DNA of 44,944 nucleotides from an uncultured Arcobacter sp. (GTDB lineage Bacteria > Campylobacterota > Campylobacteria > Campylobacterales > Arcobacteraceae): contig CALMBI010000091.1 in assembly GCA_937860115.1 (NCBI GenBank), positions 1-44,944 on the forward strand. The letters run 5' to 3'. Shown piece by piece: positions 36,156-44,897 of this stretch (the first letter of the stretch is position 1; every line of letters begins with the position of its first letter). The translations under genes and the position numbers were made by a program. The notes under the pieces were generated by a model that saw only the letters and a program-made list of their open reading frames with translations, had not been told where the DNA came from and ran no database searches.

Positions 36156-37594
36156 TGGATAATATCTATGCGTTAAATATAGAAAGAGCAGTTTTAAGCT
36201 CAATATTTTTTAGTCCAGAGGTGATAGAAGATCTACTTGGGATTTTAAAACCAAAAGATTTTTATCTCCCAGCTCATAAAAAAATATTTGAAGCGATGGA
36301 GCAACTCAATAGCCAAGATTTGCCAATTGATGAGGAGTTTATAAGAAGAAGAGTTGATAGCAAAGAGGTAGATGATAGTGTTTTAATCGAGATACTCTCA
36401 GCAAATGCTATCACAAATACTTTAGCGTATGCAAAAGAGATAAAAGACGCAAGTGTGAAAAGAGAGCTTATCTCTTTGGCAACAGAGATAAAAAAAGTAA
36501 CAATCGAAGATGAATTACCTGCTACAGAAGCTGTTGATTATGTACAAAATGCTCTTTATAAAATCACAACAGATAGTGCAAGCAGTGAACTTAAAAATAT
36601 GTATCAAATCACAACAGATACACTTTTACATATGGAAGAGATGAAAAAAAGAGGGAATGCTTATTTAATAGGTGAGACAACTGGATTTGACGCACTTGAT
36701 CGAAGAACAACAGGGTTTAATAATGGAGACCTTGTTATCATCGCTGCTCGTCCTGCTATGGGGAAAACATCTTTTGTACTTAATACCGCACTCCAAAATA
36801 TTGAAAGAAATACTGGCGTGATCTTCTTTTCTTTAGAGATGCCAGCAGAACAACTTATGATGAGACTTATCAGTATCAAAACAAGAATCCCACTCCAAAA
36901 TGTAAGAAAAGGGGATTTGGACGATAAGCAATGGAGCACGATCACAAAAGCTTTTGATGATCTTAATAAAAAGAAACTTTTTGTTGATGATAGTGGAAGT
37001 GTCAATATAAACCAACTCAGGGCAAGGGTTCGAAAAATTGCTGGAAATAAAGAGAATAATATCAAAATGGTTATCATCGATTATCTTCAACTTATGCAAG
37101 GGACAGGTGGAAAAGATAGACACTTGGAAGTTTCAGAAATCAGTAGAGGACTTAAAATGTTAGCAAGAGAGATGGGAGTCCCTATCTTAGCACTTTCTCA
37201 GCTCAATAGGGGATTAGAAAGCAGACCAGATAAACGGCCAATGCTTAGTGACATCAGAGAATCAGGATCAATCGAGCAAGATGCCGATATCATCATGTTT
37301 GTTTATAGAGATGATGTCTATAAAGAAAGAGATGAAGCACGAAAAGAGAAAGAAGCGAAAGATAAAGGGGATAGCTATAAAAGTACTTTTATCAATAAGC
37401 CAATAGAAGAAGCGGAAATCATCATTGGAAAACAAAGAAATGGACCAGTAGGAACAGTGAAACTTGACTTTCATAAAGAGCTTACGATGTTTGTTGATAA
37501 AGATAATCCAAATAAGAGTGCGCCTATAGTTACAACTTATGATAGTGTAGCGGATGCTGAAATCGATACAATAGTAGAGATCCCAGATATATAA
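36155..37594 (+). CDS. dnaB: Replicative DNA helicase DnaB
   Basis: Walker A ARPAMGKTS, then IIDYLQLM, SQLNRGLE and IIGKQRNGP. ATG 36155 overlaps the upstream TGA by 1 nt, with GAAGGAA upstream. The ORF track starts 3 nt earlier, at a TTG. Confidence 0.95.
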   Translation: MDNIYALNIERAVLSSIFFSPEVIEDLLGILKPKDFYLPAHKKIFEAMEQLNSQDLPIDEEFIRRRVDSKEVDDSVLIEILSANAITNTLAYAKEIKDASVKRELISLATEIKKVTIEDELPATEAVDYVQNALYKITTDSASSELKNMYQITTDTLLHMEEMKKRGNAYLIGETTGFDALDRRTTGFNNGDLVIIAARPAMGKTSFVLNTALQNIERNTGVIFFSLEMPAEQLMMRLISIKTRIPLQNVRKGDLDDKQWSTITKAFDDLNKKKLFVDDSGSVNINQLRARVRKIAGNKENNIKMVIIDYLQLMQGTGGKDRHLEVSEISRGLKMLAREMGVPILALSQLNRGLESRPDKRPMLSDIRESGSIEQDADIIMFVYRDDVYKERDEARKEKEAKDKGDSYKSTFINKPIEEAEIIIGKQRNGPVGTVKLDFHKELTMFVDKDNPNKSAPIVTTYDSVADAEIDTIVEIPDI

Positions 37595-37598
37595 TAGT

Positions 37599-38150
37599 AT
37601 GAAGAGAAAAATAGTTGAAAGATATGATTTAAGCGATAATGGTGAAGTGATTATTAAAATTTCATCTTCAAAAGTTGAAGATCTCTATAGTCAGTTTGAT
37701 AAAAGATCCTCGTTTTCAAAAAAAGATTTAGATCCTGAACTTGTCTCATATATTATAGATAGTGTAACAGAGATTGGAAAAGAGAAGTTTTATTTAGAAT
37801 TTTATTTTGATGAGGTGATCGATCAAACACTCCATGAAAAATTGCAAAATAGTATAAAAAATTATTTTGAGTATCTCCAAGATTTGAAAAAAAAGATGAT
37901 GAGAGAGGAGATCAAAAATAGTTTTATTTTTTTAATCATTGGATTATTTTTCACAACAATCTCTATCTTTATTGGAGAAAATGAAAACTTTTGGGTAAAG
38001 ATACTCTCTGAAGGATTTTTAGTAGCTGGTTGGGTTTCTTTATGGGAAGTCTTAGCAACCCTTCTTATTAAATGGCTTCCCCTTACAAAAAAACTCAAAC
38101 TCTATAAAAAAATCTCTGATTGCAAAATAGTATTTGCAACTCATCCATAA
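37599..38150 (+). CDS. Hypothetical membrane protein (soluble N-domain + 2 C-terminal TM)
   Basis: 183 aa. It starts 4 nt after the dnaB stop. Two hydrophobic helices (FIFLIIGLFFTTISIFI, GFLVAGWVSLWEVLATLLI). No motif recognised. Confidence 0.55.
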   Translation: MKRKIVERYDLSDNGEVIIKISSSKVEDLYSQFDKRSSFSKKDLDPELVSYIIDSVTEIGKEKFYLEFYFDEVIDQTLHEKLQNSIKNYFEYLQDLKKKMMREEIKNSFIFLIIGLFFTTISIFIGENENFWVKILSEGFLVAGWVSLWEVLATLLIKWLPLTKKLKLYKKISDCKIVFATHP

Positions 38151-38163
38151 GAAAAGGATCTCA

Positions 38164-39399
38164 ATGTCATTTGAATCATTTGGATTTTCGAATCCAATTT
38201 TAAAAGCGCTCAAGAAAAATAAATTTACTACTCCAACAAATATCCAAAATTTAGTTATTCCCCAAATTTTGCAGGGTGGAGATATCATAGCCAAAGCACA
38301 AACAGGAAGTGGAAAAACTGCTAGTTTTGTTTTGCCCATATTGGAAAAATTGTTTCATTCAAGAACAACAAAAAAACAAAAAATCAAAGTATTAGCATTA
38401 ACCCCAACAAGAGAATTAACACTTCAAGTGGCTCAAACTTTTTCAATTTTTAGTGAATTTTTTGAAGAGAAACTAAAAATTGTTACAGTGATTGGTGGGC
38501 AAAGTTTAGGTGATCAATTATTAGATATCCAAAAAGGGTGTGATATTGTAGTTGCAACATCTGGAAGGTTATTAGAGATTATCCAAAAACGTCAAATTGA
38601 TCTTCGATCTTTAGACTTTTTTGTTTTAGATGAAGCTGATAAGATGCTTAATCTTGGATTTGCAAATGAACTTGATCTCATACTGCAAGAGATACCTAAA
38701 AAAAGAGAAAATTTACTATTTTCTGCTACATATCCACAAAAAGTACAAGATATAGTCTCAAAAATCACACAAAATGGAAAAAATATATCAATTGAATCTG
38801 AAAATAGGGCAGTTGAAACTATTATACAAAGAGCTATTTTTGCACCAAAAGAGAAAAGAAGCCCATTACTCCAAAAATTGATACGGGAGAATAGATACAA
38901 AAAAGTATTGGTTTTTATGGCAAATAAAAGAGCGAGTGACAATATAGCTGCTAAATTTAGAAAATATGGTTTTAGTGTAGAATCTTTCCATGGTGATCTT
39001 GATCAGCAAGAGAGAATTTTGACACTAGAGGATTTTAAAAATGCAACTATACAAATTCTTTTTTCAACAGATATTGCAAGTAGGGGGCTCCATATAGATG
39101 ATATTGATTGTGTAATCAATTTTGATCTCCCACGAAGTGCAGATGACTATATCCATAGAATTGGGAGAACTGCTCGTGCTGGGAAAGATGGTATAGCTAT
39201 CTCATTTATTGATAATGAATCATTATCTCACTTTAAATTGATCCAAAAAAGATCAAATACAACTATCCAATTAGAAATAATTGAAGGTTTTGAATTAGCG
39301 TTTGAAGAGCAAAAAAAACAAAAAGGGGAAGAGCCAATCAAAGGGAAAAGAAAAAGTAAAAAGGACAAACTAAGAGAAGCTGAAACAAAAACAAAGTGA
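38164..39399 (+). CDS. DEAD-box ATP-dependent RNA helicase (RhlE-like) with a basic C-terminal tail
   Basis: Q-motif region FTTPTNIQ, AQTGSGKT, PTRELT, DEAD (LDEADKM), SAT and HRIGRTARAG. ATG 38164 (MSFESFGF) is preferred over the ORF start at 38134 because AAAAGGA lies upstream. Confidence 0.92.
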   Translation: MSFESFGFSNPILKALKKNKFTTPTNIQNLVIPQILQGGDIIAKAQTGSGKTASFVLPILEKLFHSRTTKKQKIKVLALTPTRELTLQVAQTFSIFSEFFEEKLKIVTVIGGQSLGDQLLDIQKGCDIVVATSGRLLEIIQKRQIDLRSLDFFVLDEADKMLNLGFANELDLILQEIPKKRENLLFSATYPQKVQDIVSKITQNGKNISIESENRAVETIIQRAIFAPKEKRSPLLQKLIRENRYKKVLVFMANKRASDNIAAKFRKYGFSVESFHGDLDQQERILTLEDFKNATIQILFSTDIASRGLHIDDIDCVINFDLPRSADDYIHRIGRTARAGKDGIAISFIDNESLSHFKLIQKRSNTTIQLEIIEGFELAFEEQKKQKGEEPIKGKRKSKKDKLREAETKTK

Positions 39400-39402
39400 A
39401 AA

Positions 39403-40194
39403 TCACTTCGTAATAAGTGGTTCACCTTTGATTTTTTTTGGTTCTGCTTTATCTTTTAATTTATATCCAAATCCATAAATATTTTCAATTATATCATATG
39501 GAATTTTGTGTCTTAGTCTTTTGATAATTGATTTAATACTATCGATTGAGAAATCTTTCTCTTTTTTTCCATTTGTTTCATTGTTGAGAAGTTTAAAAAT
39601 ATCTAAACTTGAAAACGTATGTTGTGGATTATTGATCAATAGATCCATAATCATAATTTGATTATAGGAAAGTTTGATATTATCCCCTTTAAATTTGAGC
39701 TCTTTTGTATCTTTATGCCAAATAAGTTCCTCATCAAGTGTGTAGTTATTGTCAATTGGATCTTTTGCTACATGTTGCAACAATGTATCCATTAAAACTT
39801 CAGTGATTTGTTTTGTCGTAAAAGGTTTTTGGATAAATTTAGAGATACCAAGATTGATAAAACTTATAAGATCATCTGTTTCACTATATGCTGAAGTTAC
39901 GATGATTTTTTGATCCCTATTGATACTAAAAATTTTTTTTACCAAAGCTACACCGTCTAGGTTTGGCATTTTTATATCTGTGATCACAAGGTCATAATAT
40001 AAGTTTTTTGTTTTTTTATAATCTTCATATTTTTTGAGTGCCTCTAACCCATCATTTGCTACATCTATCCTTTTGAAAAAGTTATTAAAAAGGATTTTTG
40101 ATTTGTTTTGTAATACAAGATCATCCTCAACGTAGAGTACTTTTAACTTTTTTGAAATGTGATACATTTTTTTCATTTTATTTAAATCAAGCAT
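39403..40194 (-). CDS. Response regulator, REC + winged-helix (OmpR-like) DNA-binding domain
   Basis: 263 aa. LYVEDD, VITDIKMPNLDG and KPF in the REC domain. The C-terminus LSYNQIMIMDLL...IKRLRHKI...GFGYKL is Trans_reg_C-like. AAGGA lies upstream of ATG 40194. Confidence 0.85.
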   Translation of the reverse strand: MLDLNKMKKMYHISKKLKVLYVEDDLVLQNKSKILFNNFFKRIDVANDGLEALKKYEDYKKTKNLYYDLVITDIKMPNLDGVALVKKIFSINRDQKIIVTSAYSETDDLISFINLGISKFIQKPFTTKQITEVLMDTLLQHVAKDPIDNNYTLDEELIWHKDTKELKFKGDNIKLSYNQIMIMDLLINNPQHTFSSLDIFKLLNNETNGKKEKDFSIDSIKSIIKRLRHKIPYDIIENIYGFGYKLKDKAEPKKIKGEPLITK

Positions 40195-40346
40195 ATTTTT
40201 TCCTTGGTTGGTATTTACTTTTTGGAAGTGTACTCTTAAAAAGTGGCCAAATGTGTCACTTTTTTATTTTGAGCAAAAAAAATTGTAAATTTTTCAAAAA
40301 AATCCACCTGACACTTTTGGACACTTTTTTAGTGTATAGTTCATCT

Positions 40347-40811
40347 ATGAATATAAAAATCGATTTAAAAGAGATGATAGAAACCGCTAAAAAGATAAAC
40401 CTTCTTTATGTTGAAGATGATGAGATAGTTAGAACTAAGACTGGTTCATTGTTACGATTATTGTTTCAAAATATTGATATAGCACAAAATGGAGAGGAGG
40501 GGCTCATGAAGTATCAATAAAACTTTGGAACTAATAAGCATTTTAATCTAATAATAACCGATATTAATATGCCAAAAATGGATGGGTTTGAATTAAGTAA
40601 AAAAGTATTATCATTAGAGCCTAATCAAAAAATAGTTATAGTTACAGCATATAATGATGCAGATAAATTAGAAGCATTAGAGAATTTAGGATTAGAAAAC
40701 TTTCTTCATAAACCGCTCAAAGAGGATCAGCTTTTGGAGATTATGAACAAAGTGGTACACCAAATTGTGCTAAATAATTCTAAAGAGCAGGAAAACAAAT
40801 TATGGATATGA
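40347..40811 (+). pseudogene. Single-domain (CheY-like) receiver gene interrupted by an in-frame TAA at 40518-40520
   Basis: The ORF pieces 40347-40520 (MNIKIDL..LLYVEDDE..GLMKYQ*) and 40569-40811 (MPKMDGFEL...KPL...) are in the same frame. Reading through the stop gives ...NFGTNKHFNLIITDINMPKMDG, colinear with the intact paralog at 40802-41227. Confidence 0.8.
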
Positions 40812-41227
40812 ATAACCTCAAGGATGTTGTAGGAAAATATAAAGTACTCTATGTAGAAGATGATGAGACTGTACTTTCAAAAGTCTCAAGGATGTTTAGA
40901 GAGATTTTTAAAGTTGTAGATACAGCGACCAATGGTATTGAAGGGTTAGAACAATATAAAAAATACTATCAACAAAATAATTTTCATTATGATATAGTTA
41001 TTACTGATATTAATATGCCAAAAATGAATGGTGTGGAGCTCTCTAAAGAGATTAGAAAAATTTCTCCTCATCAAGAGATTTTTATTATCTCAGCTCATAA
41101 TGAATCAAATATCTTACAAGAACTTATCAACATAGGTGTAAGTACTTTTATCCACAAACCTATCAAATTTGATGACCTCTTAAAATCAATTCTTAAAATT
41201 CATAGTTCTTTGCAAACCACAAAATAA
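40802..41227 (+). CDS. Single-domain CheY-like response regulator
   Basis: 141 aa. VLYVEDDE, IVITDINMPKMNG, ISAH and IHKPI are the REC hallmarks. There is no output domain. Confidence 0.9.
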   Translation: MDMNNLKDVVGKYKVLYVEDDETVLSKVSRMFREIFKVVDTATNGIEGLEQYKKYYQQNNFHYDIVITDINMPKMNGVELSKEIRKISPHQEIFIISAHNESNILQELINIGVSTFIHKPIKFDDLLKSILKIHSSLQTTK

Positions 41228-41251
41228 AAAGATGAAAAAACAGATGAGATT

Positions 41252-43564
41252 ATGAAGCTCAATCATGAGATTGATGGGGTACTTAATGGTTATGACTCTT
41301 TAGTTATGGCTTCAAGAACAGATGCGCAAGGTGTGATCACATATGTGAGTAAGGCTTTTGAAAAAATTTCAGGGTATACAAAAGAGGAGCTCATCGGTAA
41401 AAACCATAGCATTATGAGACATGAAGACTCAAAAGATGATTTTTTTAACTACCTTTGGAGCACGATAAAAAGTGGAAAGATCTGGAAAGGTAAAATAAAA
41501 AATAAAGCAAAAAATGGTACAAGTAATTGGACAAAAATGTCTATTGCTCCATATTATGATAAAGATGGAAATCTTTTAGGATATAACTTTATTAGAGAAG
41601 ATATCACAGCAAAAGAAAAAGCAAAAGAGCTCCATAAAAAGGTAAATATTCTTTTAAGAAATGCAATAGATGGCTATCTCCTTATTGATCAAAATATGAT
41701 TATTGAGACTGGATATTCAGATATTTGTATCCAATTTTTCAAAAAACATTATCTTAATGGATTAAAAATAACAGATGTTTTGTTTCATGAAAATGATCTC
41801 AAAGGAAAGAATACTTTTGCTCAAGGGATCGAAGCTATTTTTGGAACAGATGATAAATTTAAAAAAGAGGTATTGTCTTCGTTATTGCCAACAGAAACTG
41901 CCGTGAATGATAAGCATTTTAAAATCTCATATAAAATAATAGATGATTTTCATATTATGGTTATCATTAGAGATGTCTCAGAAGAGATCTATTTACAAAA
42001 CCAATTGGAAGAACAAAACAAAAGACAAAAAATGATTATTCAGATTGTCTCAAATATTAATGATTTTGTTGAGCTAAAAAATTCTTTTGAGTTTTTTATA
42101 GAAAAAATCTATAAAGAGAATAGTTTTAATGAGATAGATCTTCGTGACAATGGTAGAGATATTTTAAGAGAACTTCATACGTTTAAAGGAATTTTTGCAC
42201 AATTATTTTTATGTGAAACACCTGATGCGATACACCATTTAGAAACAAAAGTGATTGATCTTATCAGAACAAAACAAAATGAAGCGGTTGTAGATGATAG
42301 TGAAAATATTAAAACAAAATTTGCTTATGATATGGAAACATTTGATCAAATTATTGGAAGGCATTTTATCACCGAACAACTCAAAATTGAACAAAAATTT
42401 GAAGTGTGTACAGATCTTAAACAACAACTTACCGATCTTATTTTAAATCCAATCAATACTAATTATAAAGTGCAATCGATCATCTCTGAACTTGATTATC
42501 TCTCATATATTTCGATTTATGAAATATTAGAAAAACATGTTGAATATGTGCAGTATTTAGCCGAATTCCTTCATAAACCAGTTGCTTCACTTAAAATTTA
42601 TGGGGATAAATATGTATTGGTTCCACCAGAATTTAGAAATTTTTTGAAAAATCTATTGCATCTTTATAAAAATTCAGTAGATCATGGGATCGAAGATGTT
42701 GATACAATTACAGGTCAAAATGGACATTATGAACTCAATATTGTATGTGAATATTTTCACAAAGATAACTTTTTTTATCTTAATATTTATGATGATGGGA
42801 TAGGTGTTGATACGCAAAAACTTCTCAACAAAGCCTTAGAAAAAGAGCTTATCACTTTTGAAGAGAGTCAAAAATTGACTGATGTTGAAAAACTCGAACT
42901 TCTTTTTTTAGATGGTTTAAGTACAAAAGATGTTGCAAATGAGATCTCAGGTCGTGGTGTAGGGATGGCTGCTTTAAAACAATCATGTCAAGAGCTTGGA
43001 GGTGTTGTAGAGGTTGCGAATAAACCAAATGAGGGGCTTTCATTTTCATTTAAAATCCCAATAAGATCAAAAATAAATTATGACCAAAGTAATCAAAATC
43101 TTGTTGAATTGATGTCTATTTTGGAAGTTGTTTCAAAAAAAATAACACTCTTTTTTGATAAAGATCTAAAGATGAATATTTTAGATGTGAGATATGTAAA
43201 TGACGTAAATCTTGATGATAAGGTCCATTCTATTATTCATCTAAATGATAAAGTAACTATCTCATTTAGTTACACAAAAAATATTATCAAAAAGTATAAA
43301 GATATCTTTTTGGCTGATCTATTTTTAACAGAAAAAGATTTTGAAGATTCTATTTTTGATCTTTCAAATGAGATATTAAATACTTTAGTAGGGCTATCGA
43401 TTCAAGATCTAGAAACAAAAATGGATACACTACTCTCTATTCCACAAACGATCACAAATGAAGAATTACATCAATTGATGAATGAAAAATCAACGAAAAT
43501 TGTAACAATGCTCATACAAACAGATTATGGAAATCTTGTGTGTAAAACAATTCAAAAAGTGTAA
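41252..43564 (+). CDS. Hybrid CheA-class kinase: Aer-type PAS, PAS-like, HPt, CheA-type catalytic core, CheX-like C-terminal domain
   Basis: 770 aa. aa 20-120: NHSIMRHED..YLWSTIKSGKIW.GKIKNKAKNG (Aer PAS pattern). H309 lies in ELHTFKG (HPt). aa 440-605: LLHLYKNSVDHGIED...DDGIGVD...LFLDGLSTKD..ISGRGVGMAALK...GLSFSFKIP (CheA P4 signature). aa 650-735: HSIIHLNDKVTISFSY...D703-LSN-E707-IL-N710...P731 (CheC/CheX D-x3-E-x2-N motif). Confidence 0.8.
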   Translation: MKLNHEIDGVLNGYDSLVMASRTDAQGVITYVSKAFEKISGYTKEELIGKNHSIMRHEDSKDDFFNYLWSTIKSGKIWKGKIKNKAKNGTSNWTKMSIAPYYDKDGNLLGYNFIREDITAKEKAKELHKKVNILLRNAIDGYLLIDQNMIIETGYSDICIQFFKKHYLNGLKITDVLFHENDLKGKNTFAQGIEAIFGTDDKFKKEVLSSLLPTETAVNDKHFKISYKIIDDFHIMVIIRDVSEEIYLQNQLEEQNKRQKMIIQIVSNINDFVELKNSFEFFIEKIYKENSFNEIDLRDNGRDILRELHTFKGIFAQLFLCETPDAIHHLETKVIDLIRTKQNEAVVDDSENIKTKFAYDMETFDQIIGRHFITEQLKIEQKFEVCTDLKQQLTDLILNPINTNYKVQSIISELDYLSYISIYEILEKHVEYVQYLAEFLHKPVASLKIYGDKYVLVPPEFRNFLKNLLHLYKNSVDHGIEDVDTITGQNGHYELNIVCEYFHKDNFFYLNIYDDGIGVDTQKLLNKALEKELITFEESQKLTDVEKLELLFLDGLSTKDVANEISGRGVGMAALKQSCQELGGVVEVANKPNEGLSFSFKIPIRSKINYDQSNQNLVELMSILEVVSKKITLFFDKDLKMNILDVRYVNDVNLDDKVHSIIHLNDKVTISFSYTKNIIKKYKDIFLADLFLTEKDFEDSIFDLSNEILNTLVGLSIQDLETKMDTLLSIPQTITNEELHQLMNEKSTKIVTMLIQTDYGNLVCKTIQKV

Positions 43565-43590
43565 ATTAAAAAAGAAAGTAAAATAAAATT

Positions 43591-44778
43591 ATGAATGAAG
43601 ATCAATTAATAGATAAATATACAAGTGATAGAGAGTTGCTAGAACTTATTACAGAAGCAACTCAAGATGGTTTATGGGATTGGGATGTGACTAATAACAA
43701 TGTGTTTTTTTCAACTCATTGGAAAAAAATGATTGGTTATGAAGATGATGAAATAGAGAATAATTTCAATGAATGGCTTAAACGTGTTCATCCAGATGAT
43801 GTAGAAAAAGCTATGGAGTGTGTTGAAAATTATGTCAATGGAAGAATCGATACATATGAAAATGTTCATAGATTGCAACATAAAGATGGACATTGGGTAT
43901 GGGTGCTTGATAGAGGAAAAGGGAAATTTGTAAATGGAAAAGTAATAAGAATGGTTGGTTTCCATACTGATATTACTGAACAAAAAGATCTTGAATATCA
44001 ATTAGAACTGAAAGTACATGATGAGATCGAAAAAAACAAACAAAAAGATGATATGCTCAAACAACAAAGTGGTCTAGCTCAAATGGGTGAAATGATCTCT
44101 ATGATTGCTCATCAGTGGAGACAACCATTAGCTTCTATCGCTTCTATTGCAGTGACAATCAAAATCAAAATGGCACTAGCTTCATTTGATACTTCAAATC
44201 AAAAAGGTTTAGATGAATTTATGGAATATCTCAATACTGAAATAGATGATATTGAAAATCTAGTACAGATGCTTACAAGCACTATTGATGATTTTAGAAA
44301 TTTTTATAAGCCAGATAAAGAGGTAGCTCATATCACTATAGAATCTCCAATAAAAAAAGTTTTATCTATCTTAAAACCACAAATAGAACAACAAATTGTA
44401 GAGGTGTCATTGGAATATTTATCTACTAGAACAATAGATATTTATGAAAATGAGATTTTGCAGGTTATTTTAAATATCGTAAAAAATGCACTTGATAACT
44501 TTAAAGAAAGAGATACACAAAATCCAAGGATCCATATCAAAACAGAAGATATTTTTGGAAAAGTGATTGTATCAATTTGTGATAATGGTGGTGGGATCAG
44601 TGAAGATATTATAGGATTTATTTTTGATCCATATTTTTCTACAAAAGATAACAAAAATGGTACAGGACTGGGCCTTTATATGTCAAAAACAATTATCGAA
44701 CAACACCATAAAGGGAAACTCAGTGTCCAAAATAAAAACGATGGTGTATGTTTTCATATAATTTTGGAAAAACAATGA
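43591..44778 (+). CDS. PAS-domain sensor histidine kinase (cytoplasmic)
   Basis: 395 aa. PAS domain (GLWDWDV...WLKRVHPDD...GHWVWVLDRG), H-box MISMIAHQWRQPL, N-box IVKNALDN and G-boxes DNGGGI and GTGLGLYMS. Confidence 0.9.
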   Translation: MNEDQLIDKYTSDRELLELITEATQDGLWDWDVTNNNVFFSTHWKKMIGYEDDEIENNFNEWLKRVHPDDVEKAMECVENYVNGRIDTYENVHRLQHKDGHWVWVLDRGKGKFVNGKVIRMVGFHTDITEQKDLEYQLELKVHDEIEKNKQKDDMLKQQSGLAQMGEMISMIAHQWRQPLASIASIAVTIKIKMALASFDTSNQKGLDEFMEYLNTEIDDIENLVQMLTSTIDDFRNFYKPDKEVAHITIESPIKKVLSILKPQIEQQIVEVSLEYLSTRTIDIYENEILQVILNIVKNALDNFKERDTQNPRIHIKTEDIFGKVIVSICDNGGGISEDIIGFIFDPYFSTKDNKNGTGLGLYMSKTIIEQHHKGKLSVQNKNDGVCFHIILEKQ

Positions 44779-44897
44779 AAAAAAGATCCTTTTTTTGGAT
44801 GCAAAATAAGTATATTTTTACCTTTTTAATCCCTATAGCCTTTTTTTTAAGTGTTGTTATTGCTCTTTTTCAATATAAAAATGAAAAAATGGCTTAA
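44775..44897 (+). CDS. Possible 40-aa single-TM peptide, translationally coupled to the kinase
   Basis: An ATGA overlap links it to the kinase stop. Translation is MKKRSFFWMQNKYIFTFLIPIAFFLSVVIALFQYKNEKMA. It is followed by two stops and a near-duplicate AATGAAAAAATGG motif. It may instead be the disrupted 5' end of a longer gene. Confidence 0.3.
   Translation: MKKRSFFWMQNKYIFTFLIPIAFFLSVVIALFQYKNEKMA

Noticed and set aside
39395-39425. Short hairpin AGTGA-AAA-TCACT at the convergent junction of the DEAD-box helicase and the response regulator
   Set aside because: It has only a 5-bp stem with no flanking U/A tracts. That is too weak to call a terminator.
40098-40346. Upstream part of the 140-aa ORF 40098-40520 (MICFVIQDHP...)
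   Set aside because: This part overlaps the 5' end of the minus-strand response regulator and its promoter spacer and has no protein-like features. REC homology begins only at ATG 40347.
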